Shown here one piece after another: positions 13,816-27,346 of a DNA stretch of 64,000 nt. Source of the DNA: Eledone cirrhosa (Eukaryota); the NCBI GenBank assembly GCA_964016885.1, contig OZ024743.1, positions 282,906,001-282,970,000 on the forward strand, read 5' to 3'. The position numbers were made by a program, and so were the translations under genes. The notes under the pieces were generated by a model that saw nothing but the letters and a program-made list of their open reading frames with translations, did not search any database and was not told where the DNA came from. Every line of letters starts with the position of its first letter. Within the stretch, counting starts at the first letter, position 1.

Positions 13816-16361
13816 ATGATTACTGTATTTCATTGTTTTACTTTTATTTGTTGAGAATCCTTTTTGGTTTCAGCTTTGGATTGTAGTGTGAATCCGTTAA
13901 AAGTAGTATCCATGTAATAGTCAACTCAATAGATTTAATCTAAAAAAATTTAACTTTTACATGAGTATATACAGTAAGTGATTCAAGGTTCCAGATATCA
14001 CTGAAGACTTTCATCTAACAGTGATTCCCAGGAAGAGATATACAGGGATGATTTCCTGTTGTTTCCTCTAGGTATACAATGGAAGGGTTTGATTTATCTA
14101 AGTTTCAATTAAACTGCAACACTACTACTTATAAGGATAGGTTATACCACATCCTGACACCTATTTACAGCTAGGTGGACTGGGCTATGAACAGCTGAAT
14201 CTTTAGCAAACAAACATGCAACTTGTAGATTTAGTCATTTGTCACTCAATGTAGACAATACTAGCAAATGGAAAATAGAAACAATTATGAATTTTCATAA
14301 AACTGTAGGAATCTCAGAGGGGCAGCTGTGAACAGCTTATTGCTATGTGCATAACAAAAGGTTGGGTTAAAATGTAACCACATATTGAGTGGAAGAACAG
14401 ACAGTCCAAAGCATGAGATGAGAAATGAGCGGGGCACAGAGGGAGAGAGAAGAGTGAAGAAAAGCGGGAATGAGATTGACCAAAAAGTATATACATACAT
14501 ATAATGTCTGTTTTTAATGTTGGTATGGATTGGACTATATACATATATAGCTTTATTAAATAAATGAAAGACTGTGTTTACTCCTCTAGGAGACTTTCCC
14601 CTCTGCAGTCCGAAGCAGCAGGATAACCAAACAACTTTGTTTCTAAGACCTAAATTGAGATGAAGTCAGTACATGTGACAAAAAGCTAGCCTAGACCCTT
14701 TATGGAATCTTGTTTGTCAGGGTTTGAAAATCAAAGCAGTGAGATATCAAAGCCAACTTGGCCCTTTAATGTGTATTATTGCTAAAACAAATACTATATA
14801 GTAGATTGGTGTAAATTAAATCCAGTATATCTTTTCCTTCAACAAAATTTTCAGTGGGCCTGAGGTTAAAGGCAATGAACTGGCAGAGTTATTAGAGCAT
14901 AGGACAAAGAGCCTGTAGTGTTTATTCCAGCTAGCTGAGCACAACTTAGTCTTTCATGCTTTGTGGTTGAGAAAATGAAGTACCATTCCAGGGTAGTCAA
15001 TAATAATGAACCAAATTAGATGATTGTTGTTAGAGGTAACTAAAAGTGTTGGTCCCAGAATGGGTATCTGTCAGTAAAACACTGACTCAAAAAAGACCCT
15101 ATGATGAGTACAAAGCCTGTCATGAAGCCCACAAGGCTAAACTCTGCATTGGCAAGGAAAATGGCCCTAAAACAAACATGTACTAAATACAGTAAGGTAC
15201 TCTTTAAGTGGATTCTAATCTCAATTGAGTTCATAAATGAAAATTAAATGAAATTTACAGCTCACACTTATGCACACAAGGTTACATTAAGATGAGGGTT
15301 CCTGGTTGTTTTAATGACAGTGGTCCCAGTCCTATCATAAAAACCAACATGACATGAAGTGTCATGTTGAAGAACACAATGTGTTGCCTGGTTCAAGAAC
15401 TAAACCTACATCCTTATGATCATGGGTTTGACTCCCTAATCACTAAAGTACACACCTTCCCCATTGAGTAACTATAAGCAATATATATCAGTTGTCATGT
15501 ATCACCCTAATTGTGTACACCCAGGATCAACAGTATTCTAGGCATGACTAAGCCATCTTTTTGTACATCGAGGTCAACATTGGTCAATGCACCCTTCTTA
15601 AATTATTTAAGATTATAGGGTACAATTTGAGGGAGACTTGATACTATTGTTAGCAGGTCAAGCAATCACACAGCAGTTCTCTTGTTGACTCAAACATGCA
15701 CCAGTCAGTTTATCAGGTGACTACATCTTCTATATCTTAAAAATTATGAAAGCTTAAAAAAACAACCCCTAAAAAAAACCGTCTATTAATAAATAATTAA
15801 GCTAAACAGCTTAATGATAGAAGAATCTATGTAATGGATGAGTGCATGAGTATAAAAGAGTACAGGCCTCTTAAAAATTATATGGCAATCATTCTCTTTT
15901 TCACACACAATCATGCACACATGACAAGGCCCATGAGAACCAAGGAAGAGCTATCTTCTCTATGAATATCTGAAGTACAAAAAAATTGCTTCCCTGAATT
16001 GAAAGGGGCTCTCTCAACAGTTTTATTCGACCATGATCTTGTAAAATTCCAAACTTGGAGGTCCTGCATATATGTGTGTGTGTGTGTGTGATAGATAATT
16101 TATTGAGATAGTAAAGGCAAAAATCAATTTAACACATTGTTATTAGTGAGAAACCATGTGATTTTCATTCATACTATTATACTTCCTGATTTCTTGAGAC
16201 TAAACAGATGGTATTTATCAAAATGAAGTGACACCTAACATTTTGTAGTTCAATCTCTCACACAAAGAAAACAACTGTTTCTATTATTTTAACAAGTTTC
16301 ATGTCAAACTTTCCTAATATAGTTCCTCCAGTTAATCAATAATAATGAATGATACTAGTAA

Positions 16362-17730
16362 TAATTGTTTCTACTTTAGGCACAAGGCCAGCAATTACCC
16401 AGTGCGTTACTGGTACTTTATTTCATCGACCCCGTAAGGATGAAAGGCAAAGACAACCTCGGCGGGATTTGAACTCAGATCGTAAAGGGACGTAACTATG
16501 CTGGAAAGCATGGCGTCCGACCCTCTACCGATAACTTGAAATGAGAAAATGAGCTGATGTTAGAGGATAAAATATATTGAGGTAAATATAAGGAAGAAAG
16601 AATAGATTTTAGAGAGAGAAAGAGGGGGGTAGATAGGGATAGGCTAGAATAAGTGAGAGCTAGCTAGATGGAGAGAGAAAGAAATAGAAACAGATAGATT
16701 AGTAATAATGGTTTCTGATTTAGATACAAGGGCAAACATTTGTGGGGAGGGGGAAGTTGATTAAATTGATCCCAGTGCATTACTGGCACTTTATTTTATT
16801 GACCCTGAAAGGATGAAAAGCAAAGCAACCCCAGCAAGAATTGAACTTGGTTTCTGATTTAGACACAAGACCAGCAATTTGGAGAAGGGGATGAGTAAGT
16901 TGATTAAATCAACCCCAATGCCATACTCATACTTTATTTTATTGACCCCATAAAGCTGAAAGGTAAAGCTAACCTCGACAGCAATTGAACACAGAATGTA
17001 AAGAGACATATCTCAATGCTGCAAAGCACTGTCTGATGCTCTACTGATACTGCCCTTGATATTAGTAATAATAATTATGGTTTTATATTCAGGTACAAGA
17101 CCAACAATTTAAGGGGAAAGGAAAATCAATTAAATTAATTCCAATTCTTGAAATGGTACTTTATTGACCCTGAAAAATGAAAGGCAAAACAAACTTTGGC
17201 AGGATTTGAATTCTGAATGAAGAGCTATAACAAATACCCTAGATAAAGCCTTCTCTCTGACACTAATAATAATAATAGTTTCTGATTTAGGCACAAGGCC
17301 AACAATTTAGGGGGAGAGGGAAAGTCAATTAAAAATCGACCCCAGTGCATTACTGCTACTTTATTTTATCAACCCCATAAGGCAAAGCCAGCCATGACAC
17401 AATTGAACTCAGAATGTAAAGGTACGTAACTTTATGCCGCAATCTAATAATAATAATAATAATTGTTTCTATTTTAGGCACAAGGCCAGCAATTACCCAG
17501 TATATTACTGGTACTTTATTTTATCGACCCCGTAAGGATGAAAGGCAAAGTTAACCTCGACGGGAATGGTTTCTAATTTAGGCACAAAGCCAGCAATTTT
17601 TGGGGAAGGGAAAGTCGATTAAATTGACCCTGAAAAGATGAAAGGCAAAGCTAACTCGACGGGATTTGAACTCAGAATGTAAAGGGCCGTAACTCTGTGC
17701 TGCTAAGCTTGTTGTCCGATGCTCTACTGG
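16362..17730 (-). mobile_element. Cluster of about seven co-oriented SINE family A copies and fragments
   Basis: Repeated gtttct...aggcacaag.ccagcaatt...tttatcgacccc...gatgaaaggcaaag...gaactcag units, several separated by (TAA)n. Confidence 0.85.
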
Positions 17731-18755
17731 AACATAGCAATACCATCTGAGGAAAAAACAGCTCCTTGAAATTCATAAAAAAGCTGACTAAAAAGGAAGA
17801 CCTGGGGATTGGAATCAACAGGATGTGCTGTTTCTGTCTTGTCTTTATTGTTGGGACATGATGTCTTTAATATCCAAAACTTAAACACGTGGTTTCATTT
17901 TTCAAAGTGAGTAGGGAAGGAATTTGTCACCAGTGATTCAGCTGCAACACTGGACACATCAAATGACTTAGATTAATATTCCATAACTGGCTAAACTCCA
18001 ATATTTTTAATTGCTACTTATTATATTGGCCCCCTAGGGTGATGAAAGACAAGGTCAATGCATGCAAAATTAAGAATATGAAGATAGTCAAGCTTGGATA
18101 TTGTAAAGTAGATAAAGTTAAGCTCTTTTACTCATTTTGCCAACAGCAAGATAGATTATCTGTTAAGAGTAATCATAAAAATTCAGTTCCCAGTTCTGTC
18201 TCTATAGTGAACTATACCAATGAAACCTCATTAATAATTTTAAAACATTGAATGAAGCCAGTTGGTTTTAATAAATACTGTTTTATAATTATTGTCTGTT
18301 TGAAGTAATCCCAGTGGAGTAAGGTTGTGGCAGAGGAAGACCAAGGAACATCTAAATGGAGGTGATGAGAGTTGATCTCAGATCACTAACGCTCATGGAG
18401 GAGATGACAAAAGAGTGCAACAAATGGAGAGATGTACCCCTCTAACTCATGCAAGCATGGAACAATGGACATATGGTGATGATGAATATTTTAAAATGGG
18501 TGGTTTTGTTTCATAGAACCAGAGCCAGTTTCTGCCAGGTTGCTACCAAAAGAGTTAAATAATTGCCAATAAAATTATTCTATAAGTTCGTTTTTTAGAT
18601 AGAATTCATCTAGCTTGTGATGATTTCTTAGTTCAGAAAGAACAAATGGATTAAGAATAGTGGGTGCTAAATTTAAGAATCTAATTTATTAACTTCAGTT
18701 GCTTTTTGCAGAACTTGAATTCATTTCAACAATTATGGCCTTTTCAGAAATATGC

Positions 18756-18949
18756 AAATAAAAGAAACCAAAATTCTAAAATATATATTTAGTTATTAAT
18801 GTCTCATCAACATGTGTTCCATTCCCTCCTTTTATCATTCTTTACAAAAATTTAGGAATAAAAGAAACTAAAATTGTAAAATATATATTTAGTTATTAAT
18901 GTTTCATCCTGAATTCATTCCATTCCCTATTTTTTCCATTCTTTACAAA
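18756..18949. repeat. Diverged 100-bp tandem duplication
   Basis: aataaaagaaac.aaaatt.taaaatatatatttagttattaatgt.tcatc occurs at 18757 and 18857. Confidence 0.85.
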
Positions 18950-19484
18950 GATTCCATTGTAACCTTTAAAAAATTCTTTTTGTTCTTTATCAACAGTTAC
19001 TTAGAATGGTAATTCCAAAAATAGAAGACAGAGCTAAAAATTAGCTGCTTTATGTGCAGCGTGGTTGGTTTGGAAATCAAAATAGATCAATAATAAAATA
19101 AATTCAATTTAAATAAAAAGGGGTTTAAACAATCAAAGATAATATAAGCCATTCAATCATCAAATGATGAAATCAATTGTCTTTTATTCTTTATGATATT
19201 TTAATCAATTTGCACAATGGCACAATATATATTATATCAGCTAGGATTTTCGGCAGCAAGTCAAGATTAAATACAGACCAAGCTACTATTTTTATAATCA
19301 TACAGGTTTTTGGCAGTGCTTACAAATTAGCAAAGAAGAAAAAAAAATTCTCTCTCAAAAAGTCTGTAAATGTTATTGACTTTCTAATGTAACTGATTAT
19401 GAAAGAATAAAATTTTGCCAACTGCACAGAGTACCAATTATCTCTTTTTATCATATACAACATATTAAGGTAGAAACATGAAAG

Positions 19485-19523
<39 letters not shown>

Positions 19524-19966
19524 TTCTCTCACTTTATATATATTATTTGTGCGTTGTTGAACTTTTAAACATGCACAAAGGATGGACTTTATTTGAACAG
19601 CACCAGTTTTCTGACATTTTTTATATCTTTCACCAATTAGCAGGGAAAGATAAACACAGATTCATAAATGACACACACATACACACCTTCCACACAGTTT
19701 CTGCCTATCAAATTTCGCCCACAAGGTATTGTCAACCCAAAGCTGCTATGATAGAAGATACTTGCCCAAGGTAACAATCAATAGGATCAAACCCAGAACC
19801 ACATAGTTACAAAAATGAGCCAAGGTATGTTAGGAAGTAGCATAGTCAAAGCTTAAGAAATCAGAAAATGAGGAAAACTTGAAAATATTAAATGTATACA
19901 TGGATGTACGTATAACATTTTCTCTTGTCTAAATGTCCGCTTTCCCTGCTAGCAAGGGTGGGTCTG

Positions 19967-20038
<72 letters not shown>

Positions 20039-21599
20039 TATATACATACATACACACACACACACACACACGCACACACACATATCGACAGTCGATTGAC
20101 TTTCGTCAAATCAGACAGAGGAAACAATGTTTCTGTTGGTCTTTCCAATTACTAATACTATATATATATATATTTAAAACTCATAGCAACAGTTTAACAA
20201 CTATTTGTATGTAGTATATCATTAACTCTTTTGATACCAAGGCATCTGAAACTGTTACTTCTATGATAAAAGAGTGTTTATATTTATCTAAAAACCTTCC
20301 TTCACTATTCTATGCAAGAAACTTTAAGAAGTTGATTCTAGTACTAAATATCTCAAAATTCTTGATTATTTAAAAAATTAATTGAAAAACAGTATCTTTC
20401 ATTAGAAATACGATAACAAAAAGAAAAGGGTTAAAACAAATCTTATGAACTTACTGCTCTATCTGATCTATGACAGAATTAATGCCCCTGCACTATTGAC
20501 ATTTCTGGATATTATGTTTTATTCTGTTTAATTTCTCTTTCAATTAAACTGGTAAAGGATTAAATACAGAAAAGCTATTAGAAAAGATTATAAGACTAAG
20601 TTAGCAGTAGAAGTCAGCTTTGTTATTCCAGATTCTGTTGACTCTAATCCCCATGTGCTAAGATAAGTCCCATTTTGACTACAAAATAGATTTCCTAAAT
20701 AATAATATATCCCATGTTGTATTTGAACATATTTTAGGATCCCTTAGCTGCACAATACTTGCAGCTGCATTTATGAATTTAACTTAATAGTTCCCCCAAG
20801 CAACACTGTTCCTATAACATATTCCACTACTATTTCAGAATTAAGTGATTACCAATAGGAGGGAAGGGGTTCCACCCGTAAAAACAATTGCTACAAATAA
20901 AGCAATCTTCATACATATGGTAGCATAGAGAAAAAATACGAACAGAGGTTAATAAGACTGGATCTATAATTGATATTGAAATGAAATGCAGGCTTAGTTG
21001 GTCTTCTATGAGGTTGCATCTTATAGGTTTCTTGGGTGTTTAAATGATAGGAGCCATAGTCCTGTTATGAAAGGCAATGTAAAATAAAGTGTCTTTCTCA
21101 AGAACACTGCACTGTCTAGTTGAGAAATTGAACCCACAACCTTATAATCATAATATCCAACATCTTAACCATTAGGCTATGCACCTTCACTATAATTAAT
21201 AATAGCACAACTTGCTGTGTTGTTCATACAAATTGACCAGGTATTTCACCCAAACTTGAGATTGCTCTATATATACCAAACATATAATTAGAATGTTTGA
21301 CCCAATACTATATATAGATCAGAGTTTCCAAATCTGGAAAGCACTGGTATAGATTATCAAGAGAATTGCATCTGACAGCAATGATCAGGTGTCAGACTAC
21401 TAGCTGAAGAGTTGAAAGATCATATCCCATTGCTAGTGCTGTGCTTTATCTATAACAAAGATGCTTAACTTCGACTGGTTCTGATACCTAATTACAAGGA
21501 GTAATTATCATCAATAAGCATTTTCATTAGCTTGCAATACTGAGTTTAAATCCTCCTAAGGACTTAGAGATGCAATGTGAAGTTGTTCCAGTATTCAGC

Positions 21600-21840
21600 T
21601 TAACCCTTTTGATACCAAACCGCCTGAAACTACCTCTGGTTTTATGACACAAAGATATTAATTTTAAATTGTTTATATTTATTTAAAAACCTTCCATCAT
21701 AATTTTAAGTCAAAATTTTAAGTTACATTTCAAACACTAGATAAATAATGAGAAAGTTATATTACTAAATATCTCCAAATTCTTATTTTCAAAATGATAG
21801 GTAGTGTCTTTCATTAGAAATATGGTAAGGAAAGGGTTAA
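21600..21840 (+). mobile_element. piggyBac-like MITE family 2 (also ~1010-1440, 10416-10625, 20222-20434, 53642-54016)
   Basis: TTAACCCTTTTGATACCAAAC ... ATATGGTAAGGAAAGGGTTAA. Confidence 0.8.
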
Positions 21841-22879
21841 GTAAATGTCTCCAACAGTCTCCCACTCACCTTTATTATTGGAGAGACTTGCAGCATTTAG
21901 TTATGCCCCTTCTATGTTCAAAGTTTTAATTCTACTGGGCTTCATTTTGTCTTTTATCCCTCTGGAGTCAATACAATAAGTATCAGTAATATACTTGATT
22001 TCATGCTAACAAATCATAGCCCTGCTGTATAGACTTATGTTGGCCTCATGCCAATGTAAAAAATTCATTAATAATATAACTATAGAATGAGACTGAAATT
22101 TGTGAGGAACCCAAAATTGATGGAAAATTGAAATAGTAGTTGGTGCTTCTGAATAGATATTCATTTTTGAAGGAATATCAAGTCAGTGAAGTTGCCAAGA
22201 ACAATAATTACAAGCAATTACCCCATGTTAATTTTCCTTAGTCTTTATTATTATTTTTTGTTTGTTAGGTTTTTGGCAAAGCATCTTCCCTATAGTACTG
22301 CCAATTTTATGTTTTCACAAGCCAAGTTATTTTCAGTCAATTTCATTGTAGGTCATTGGACAATCTAACCAAATGGAAGTCAATTCTGTGTTCTCTTCAA
22401 CTCTATGTTTGTCAATCTTAATTCTATAATATTCTACTAAATCCCTGTTAACACACACACAATCTAAACCATTTACAGTTTCATTTTTAAATCATTAGTT
22501 TGTTATAAATTTACCTATTTGTTTTCATTATCTGTCTAGATAATCATTATCACAATTATCATATGATTAAAGTAGTAAATGACAGCTAAGATGAAATATC
22601 TTCAAGTGATATTTTTATATTTTACTGATATACTTTGGTTTAAAAGAAAATTATTCAAGAAAGCAGAAACCCAATAATTTAAGAAAAAAATAAAAAAATA
22701 AATTCAGTCTTTCTTTAGGCAATAAATATAAAAATATTTCATTTATATAAAAAAAAATAATTACAAGTAAATAGATAAATTCTATTAATTAACTGAACCA
22801 GACAGTGAATCAAGAGTAATGAGTGTATTGGTAAAATGCTTGATCAACAAATTAAAAGTTATTTTTTTAAACTATTAGA

Positions 22880-23165
22880 CAGGTGGTGTAGTTAAAACGT
22901 CTGCTTGAAACTGGTCTTGGGGTTTGATCTCGTTGCATAGTACCTTAAGCAAATGTCTTTTACTTTAGTATTGGACTGATCAATGTCTTGTGAGTGAAAT
23001 TTGGTAGATGGATACTGTGTGAAAACTCGTGTGTATATATATGTGTGTTTCCTTGTATGTGGCGTCATATTCACACTTCTTAGGCAGCCATGATATCTTC
23101 TTATGTTCGCACAAATGTCTTGCAGTTTAGTGGTTCAGCGTGCGAAGACCAGTGAAATAAATATC
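22880..23165 (+). mobile_element. Decayed SINE family C (related copies near 11230-11400 +, 19680-19810 -, 23980-24300 -)
   Basis: Shared segment ...cttgtgagtgaaatttggtagatgga.actg running into TG/TA microsatellite. Confidence 0.6.
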
Positions 23166-24676
23166 ATCATCAACATCTACACCATTTAACATCTAGTTTC
23201 CGTGCTTAGACTGTCACAAACCAAGACTAGATGGGTTAGGTGATCACATCTTGTTTGTACGCTACATTTTTGGCTTGGTCACCACAGCCAAATGCCTTTC
23301 CTAATGCCAACCACTTTACAGCATGTACTGGGAGCATCTTACAGGGTGAACCTGATGCTTCTTGTGGCACCAGCACTACTACTTTACAGTGCTGACTGGG
23401 TACTTTCTTACTTAAAAACAAGGATTAGTCCACCTCATGCCAGTATGGTGAAACAGTTGTGAAAATGATGATGATAATGACTGGAGAGGTCAGATGAATA
23501 CAGCTGATGTTTGGCCTAAATTTTCAGCAGTTTGCAGTTGAGAGGAGGAAGTGTGTTATGGGAGCCTTATGAGTAACAACGCAGAGATGACAACATGTAT
23601 GCCACTATTGGGGCAAATAATGTTTAGAGGTGTAAAAAAAAAAAAAGATCTGTTCTAATTTATTGAGAATGTTGAATGGGTCTAATGCAAATCCAGACAC
23701 GAATTAAATGATAATGAAACACTTAAAACTATATTTGCTCTTTACCATGGAGGTCAGACTAGGTTAAATATATCTATAAGACAAAGAATTTTAATATCTC
23801 ATGGAAACACTAATCAATACATTTAATGATCTTTTTCATAGCAAGTTAGATGAGAGCTAGACATGGCCATAATGTAATAAGACACAATTTGACTCACTAC
23901 ATTCTGTGCCAACTCAACTGACATTTCTAGCATATACATTTACCAAAGGCCAGCTGCTCCCTAATAATTATAGAAAGTTATATTCTTTTATTCTGGGCCA
24001 TGGTGGGGCACTGCCTTAAAGGGATTTAGTCGATCATATTGACCCTAGTGCCTATTTTTTCAAACCTGATATCTAAATATCTTTTTATAGAACTGCTAAG
24101 CTATGGGACATAAACAGAGACATACACATATATCTATATGTGTGTGTATATACACACACACACAATGGGTTTCTGCAGTTTCCATCCCCCAAATTCCATT
24201 CATTAGGCATTGGTCAACCCAACGCTAGAGTAGAAGATAATTGCCTAAAGTGCCAGAACTTTGTGGTTGCAAAGCACACTTTTAACTACACAACCATGCT
24301 TGCATTTCTCTCACTCACTCTCTATATTTGGTACAGTGTATCCATGTGTGTTGTAAGAGATGACTAAAATGACTGAGTTCATTTATTCCATCTGATGAAT
24401 GAAAATGAGTATATATATATATATCTTAATATATATAATAAAATAAAAATTAACATATACACTAAATTTAGAGGGAGTTAAATTTTTTCTCAATGAAAAC
24501 TTAAGAGAAAGAAGAACCTGTTGACCTTAAAGTGTCTTGCTGACAATGGCTCTAGTATGTATATATATCTAACTTTGGGGGTTGGTTTATATATTCATGG
24601 TAATGTTAGATCAGTTAAGCTACACACACTAAAACTAGTTGTTCAGTGTGAGTGAATTGCTTATGTGGTTGTGGTG

Positions 24677-25110
24677 AGAAAAAAAGAAGGGAGAGACAGA
24701 GAGAATAGGGGGGGGGGAGTGAAGGGGGAGAGATGAGGAGAGAGAAAGGGGAGAGATGAGGAGAGAGAAAGGGGAGAGATGAGGAGAGAGAAGGGGGAGA
24801 GAGAAGGGGGAGAGAGAAGGGGGAGAGAGAAGGGGGAGAGAGAAGGGGGAGAGAGAAGAAGGAGAGAGAAGAAGAAGGAGAGAGAAGAAGGAGGAGAGAG
24901 AAGAAGGAGGAGAGAGAAGAAGGAGAGAGAGAGAAGAAGGAGAGAGAGAAGAAGGAGAGAGAGAAGAAGGAGAGAGAAGGAGGAGAGAGAAGGAGGAGAG
25001 AGAGAAGGAGGAGAGAGAGAAGGAGGAGGGAGAGAAGGGGGAGGGAGAGAAGGGGGAGGGAGAGAAGGGGGAGGGAGAGAAGGGGGAGAGAGATGAGGAG
25101 AGAGAGAGAG
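24677..25110. repeat. Polypurine (GA-rich) tract, (GGAGAGAGAAGG)-like units
   Basis: About 430 bp almost entirely of G and A on the + strand. Confidence 0.95.
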
Positions 25111-25561
25111 AATATAGATATAAAAGTTACTCAGAAGTAAAAGTTTTATGGAAACAAATCTCAATATTCAAATTTAAAAAAGAAATCTAAAATAGATTAA
25201 AATGTAAACAGCTATTTTACACTGGTTGTTTGGAATGAAAACTTTCTAATGGAATAAAATAAACTAACTAAATAGACTAAGGCTCCCATATATAAAAAAA
25301 GCCTGCCAAAAAAAAAAGGGTCCTAAGGACTATTCAGCTGTGCCATGATAAAATGTACTTATCAGAGTGCGGGTTGGGGGGTGTAAAGGAGATATAACAC
25401 CCCTCCCCCAGCTTATCAGAGAGGTCAGTAGCTCTGCTCGAGTACTGACTCAGGTCCATGAAGACCTGTTCAACTTTTGTTAGCAGGGAAGATGGATGTT
25501 AAATGATGATGAAGACTTTCAAGACATAATTTAACTATTTTTTCTTTAATAGAATCAAGCA

Positions 25562-25948
25562 TAAACTAATAATTGTTTCTACTTTAGGCACAAGGCCAGC
25601 AATTATCCAGTACATTACTGGTACTTTATTTTATCGACCCCATAAGGATGAAAGGCAAAGTCAACCTTAGCGGGATTTGAACTCAGACTGTAACTATGCT
25701 AGAAAGCATGGCGTCCAACTCTCTACCGATACTGCCAATTCACCGCCAAACAAACTAATAATTGTTTCTACTTTAGGCACAAGGCCAGCAATTACCCAGT
25801 ACATTACTGGTATTTTATTTTATCGACCCCGTAAGGATGAAAGGCAAAGTTAACCTCGGCGGGATTTGAACTCAGACTGTAAAGGGACGTAACTATGTTA
25901 GAAAACATGGCGTCCAACCCTCTACCGATACTGCCAATTCATCACTAA
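25562..25948 (-). mobile_element. Head-to-tail pair of SINE family A (short variant)
   Basis: Two ~190-bp copies, each starting aaactaataattgtttctactttaggcacaaggccagcaatta. Confidence 0.88.
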
Positions 25949-26386
25949 TAATAAATTCAATTTAGTAATCATTAAATGCTTTTAATATTATCCTCGGCTG
26001 GCTTGTCATTAAAGTAAGTAGTTAAGATAAGTTTTCATTTCTTTATTTCAAACAGAAATCTGATAATACGAATAATAATTAATGCAGTAGGCTTAAAAGG
26101 GGGTATCGTTATAGTATTAGGTAGAATGCAATTTAGGTCAACAGGATTAGAGTTACAATATAGAGGATAAGACCAATGACCCAGTTTTAATAGCAAATAC
26201 CTGATGTATATGTAATATTTCAATAGGAAGCTTATTTAGGTTAGGGGTAGGTTGGATTCTATTTCAAAAATACAAAAACAAAGAAAAAGTGTCAGTTTAA
26301 GTTCATTGTCAAAACTATTCAATTTTCTTTCCATAATCTATCCAAGTGTAATAAATATAAAGATATTATATATTATATGTGCTTAC

Positions 26387-26495
26387 AAGTCATAATGTTG
26401 GTTCCATTTTGGATCAAGAGTATTTTTACAAGGTTCTGTTGAGTGGCACTGTCCTGAACCATCAACACTTATTTTGGCAAAAGGATCTGGTAACC
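26387..26495 (-). CDS. Smurf2: Internal coding exon of a Smurf (Smurf1/Smurf2-type) HECT E3 ubiquitin ligase, C2 domain
   Basis: Minus strand reads ttttctttctttctatttttacag|GG TTA CCA GAT CCT TTT GCC ... CAT TAT GAC TT|gtaagc. It translates as (R)LPDPFAKISVDGSGQCHSTEPCKNTLDPKWNQHYD(L), nearly identical to the vertebrate SMURF C2 segment RLPDPFAKVVVDGSGQCHSTDTVKNTLDPKWNQHYDL. Canonical polypyrimidine-AG acceptor and GTAAG donor. Too short for the ORF track. Neighbouring exons were not found in the window. The Smurf1 versus Smurf2 name is nominal. Confidence 0.95.
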
Positions 26496-26598
26496 CTGTA
26501 AAAATAGAAAGAAAGAAAAAATTAAAATTGAATTTAAACTCTAACAGAATGAATAAAACAGATTTCTAACTTTTGGTAGTGAGTCACACCATTCATAG

Positions 26599-27346
26599 CA
26601 AAGGGATATAGGCCACAGTTGCGTAGGAAAGGGATATAGGCCACAGTTGCGTAGGAAAGGGATATAGGCCACAGTTGCGTAGGAAAGGGATATAGGCCAC
26701 AGTTGAGTAGGAAAGGGATATAGGCCACAGTTGAGTAGGAAAGGGATATAGGCCACAGTTGAGTAGGAAAGGGATATAGGCCACAGTTGAGTAGGAAAGG
26801 GATATAGGCCACAGTTGCGTAGGAAAGGGATATAGGCCACAGTTGCGTAGGAAAGGGATATAGGCCACAGTTGCGTAGGAAAGGGATATAGGCCACAGTT
26901 GCGTAGGAAAGGGATATAGGCCACAGTTGAGTAGGAAAGGGATATAGGCCACAGTTGAGTAGGAAAGGGATATAGGCCACAGTTGCGTAGGAAAGGGATA
27001 TAGGCCACAGTTGAGTAGGAAAGGGATATAGGCCACAGTTACGTAGGAAAGGGATATAGGCCACAGTTGAGTATGAAAGGGATATAGGCCACAGTTGAGT
27101 AGGAAAGGGATATAGGCCACAGTTACGTAGGAAAGGGATATAGGCCACAGTTGAGTATGAAAGGGATATAGGCCACAGTTGAGTAGGAAAGGGATATAGG
27201 CCACAGTTGCGTAGGAAAGGGATATAGGCCACAGTTGAGTAGGAAAGGGATATAGGTCACAGTTGTGTAGGAAAGGGATATAGGCCACAGTTGTGTAGGA
27301 AAAGGGATATAGGCCACAGTTGAGTAGGAAAGGGATATAGGCCACA
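26599..27346. repeat. 28-bp minisatellite, about 27 copies (GGAAAGGGATATAGGCCACAGTTG[C/A]GTA)
   Basis: Direct tandem repeats with no spacers. Variation is confined almost entirely to TTGCG/TTGAG/TTACG/TTGTG. Confidence 0.97.

Noticed and set aside
20085-20150. Hammerhead-like fragments next to a TA/CA microsatellite
   Set aside because: GAAA and small hairpins are present, but there is no CUGANGA box with a pairable stem I and stem II.
24661-25164. Pro/Ser/Leu-rich and Arg/Glu/Gly-rich ORFs
   Set aside because: They are translations of the GA microsatellite.
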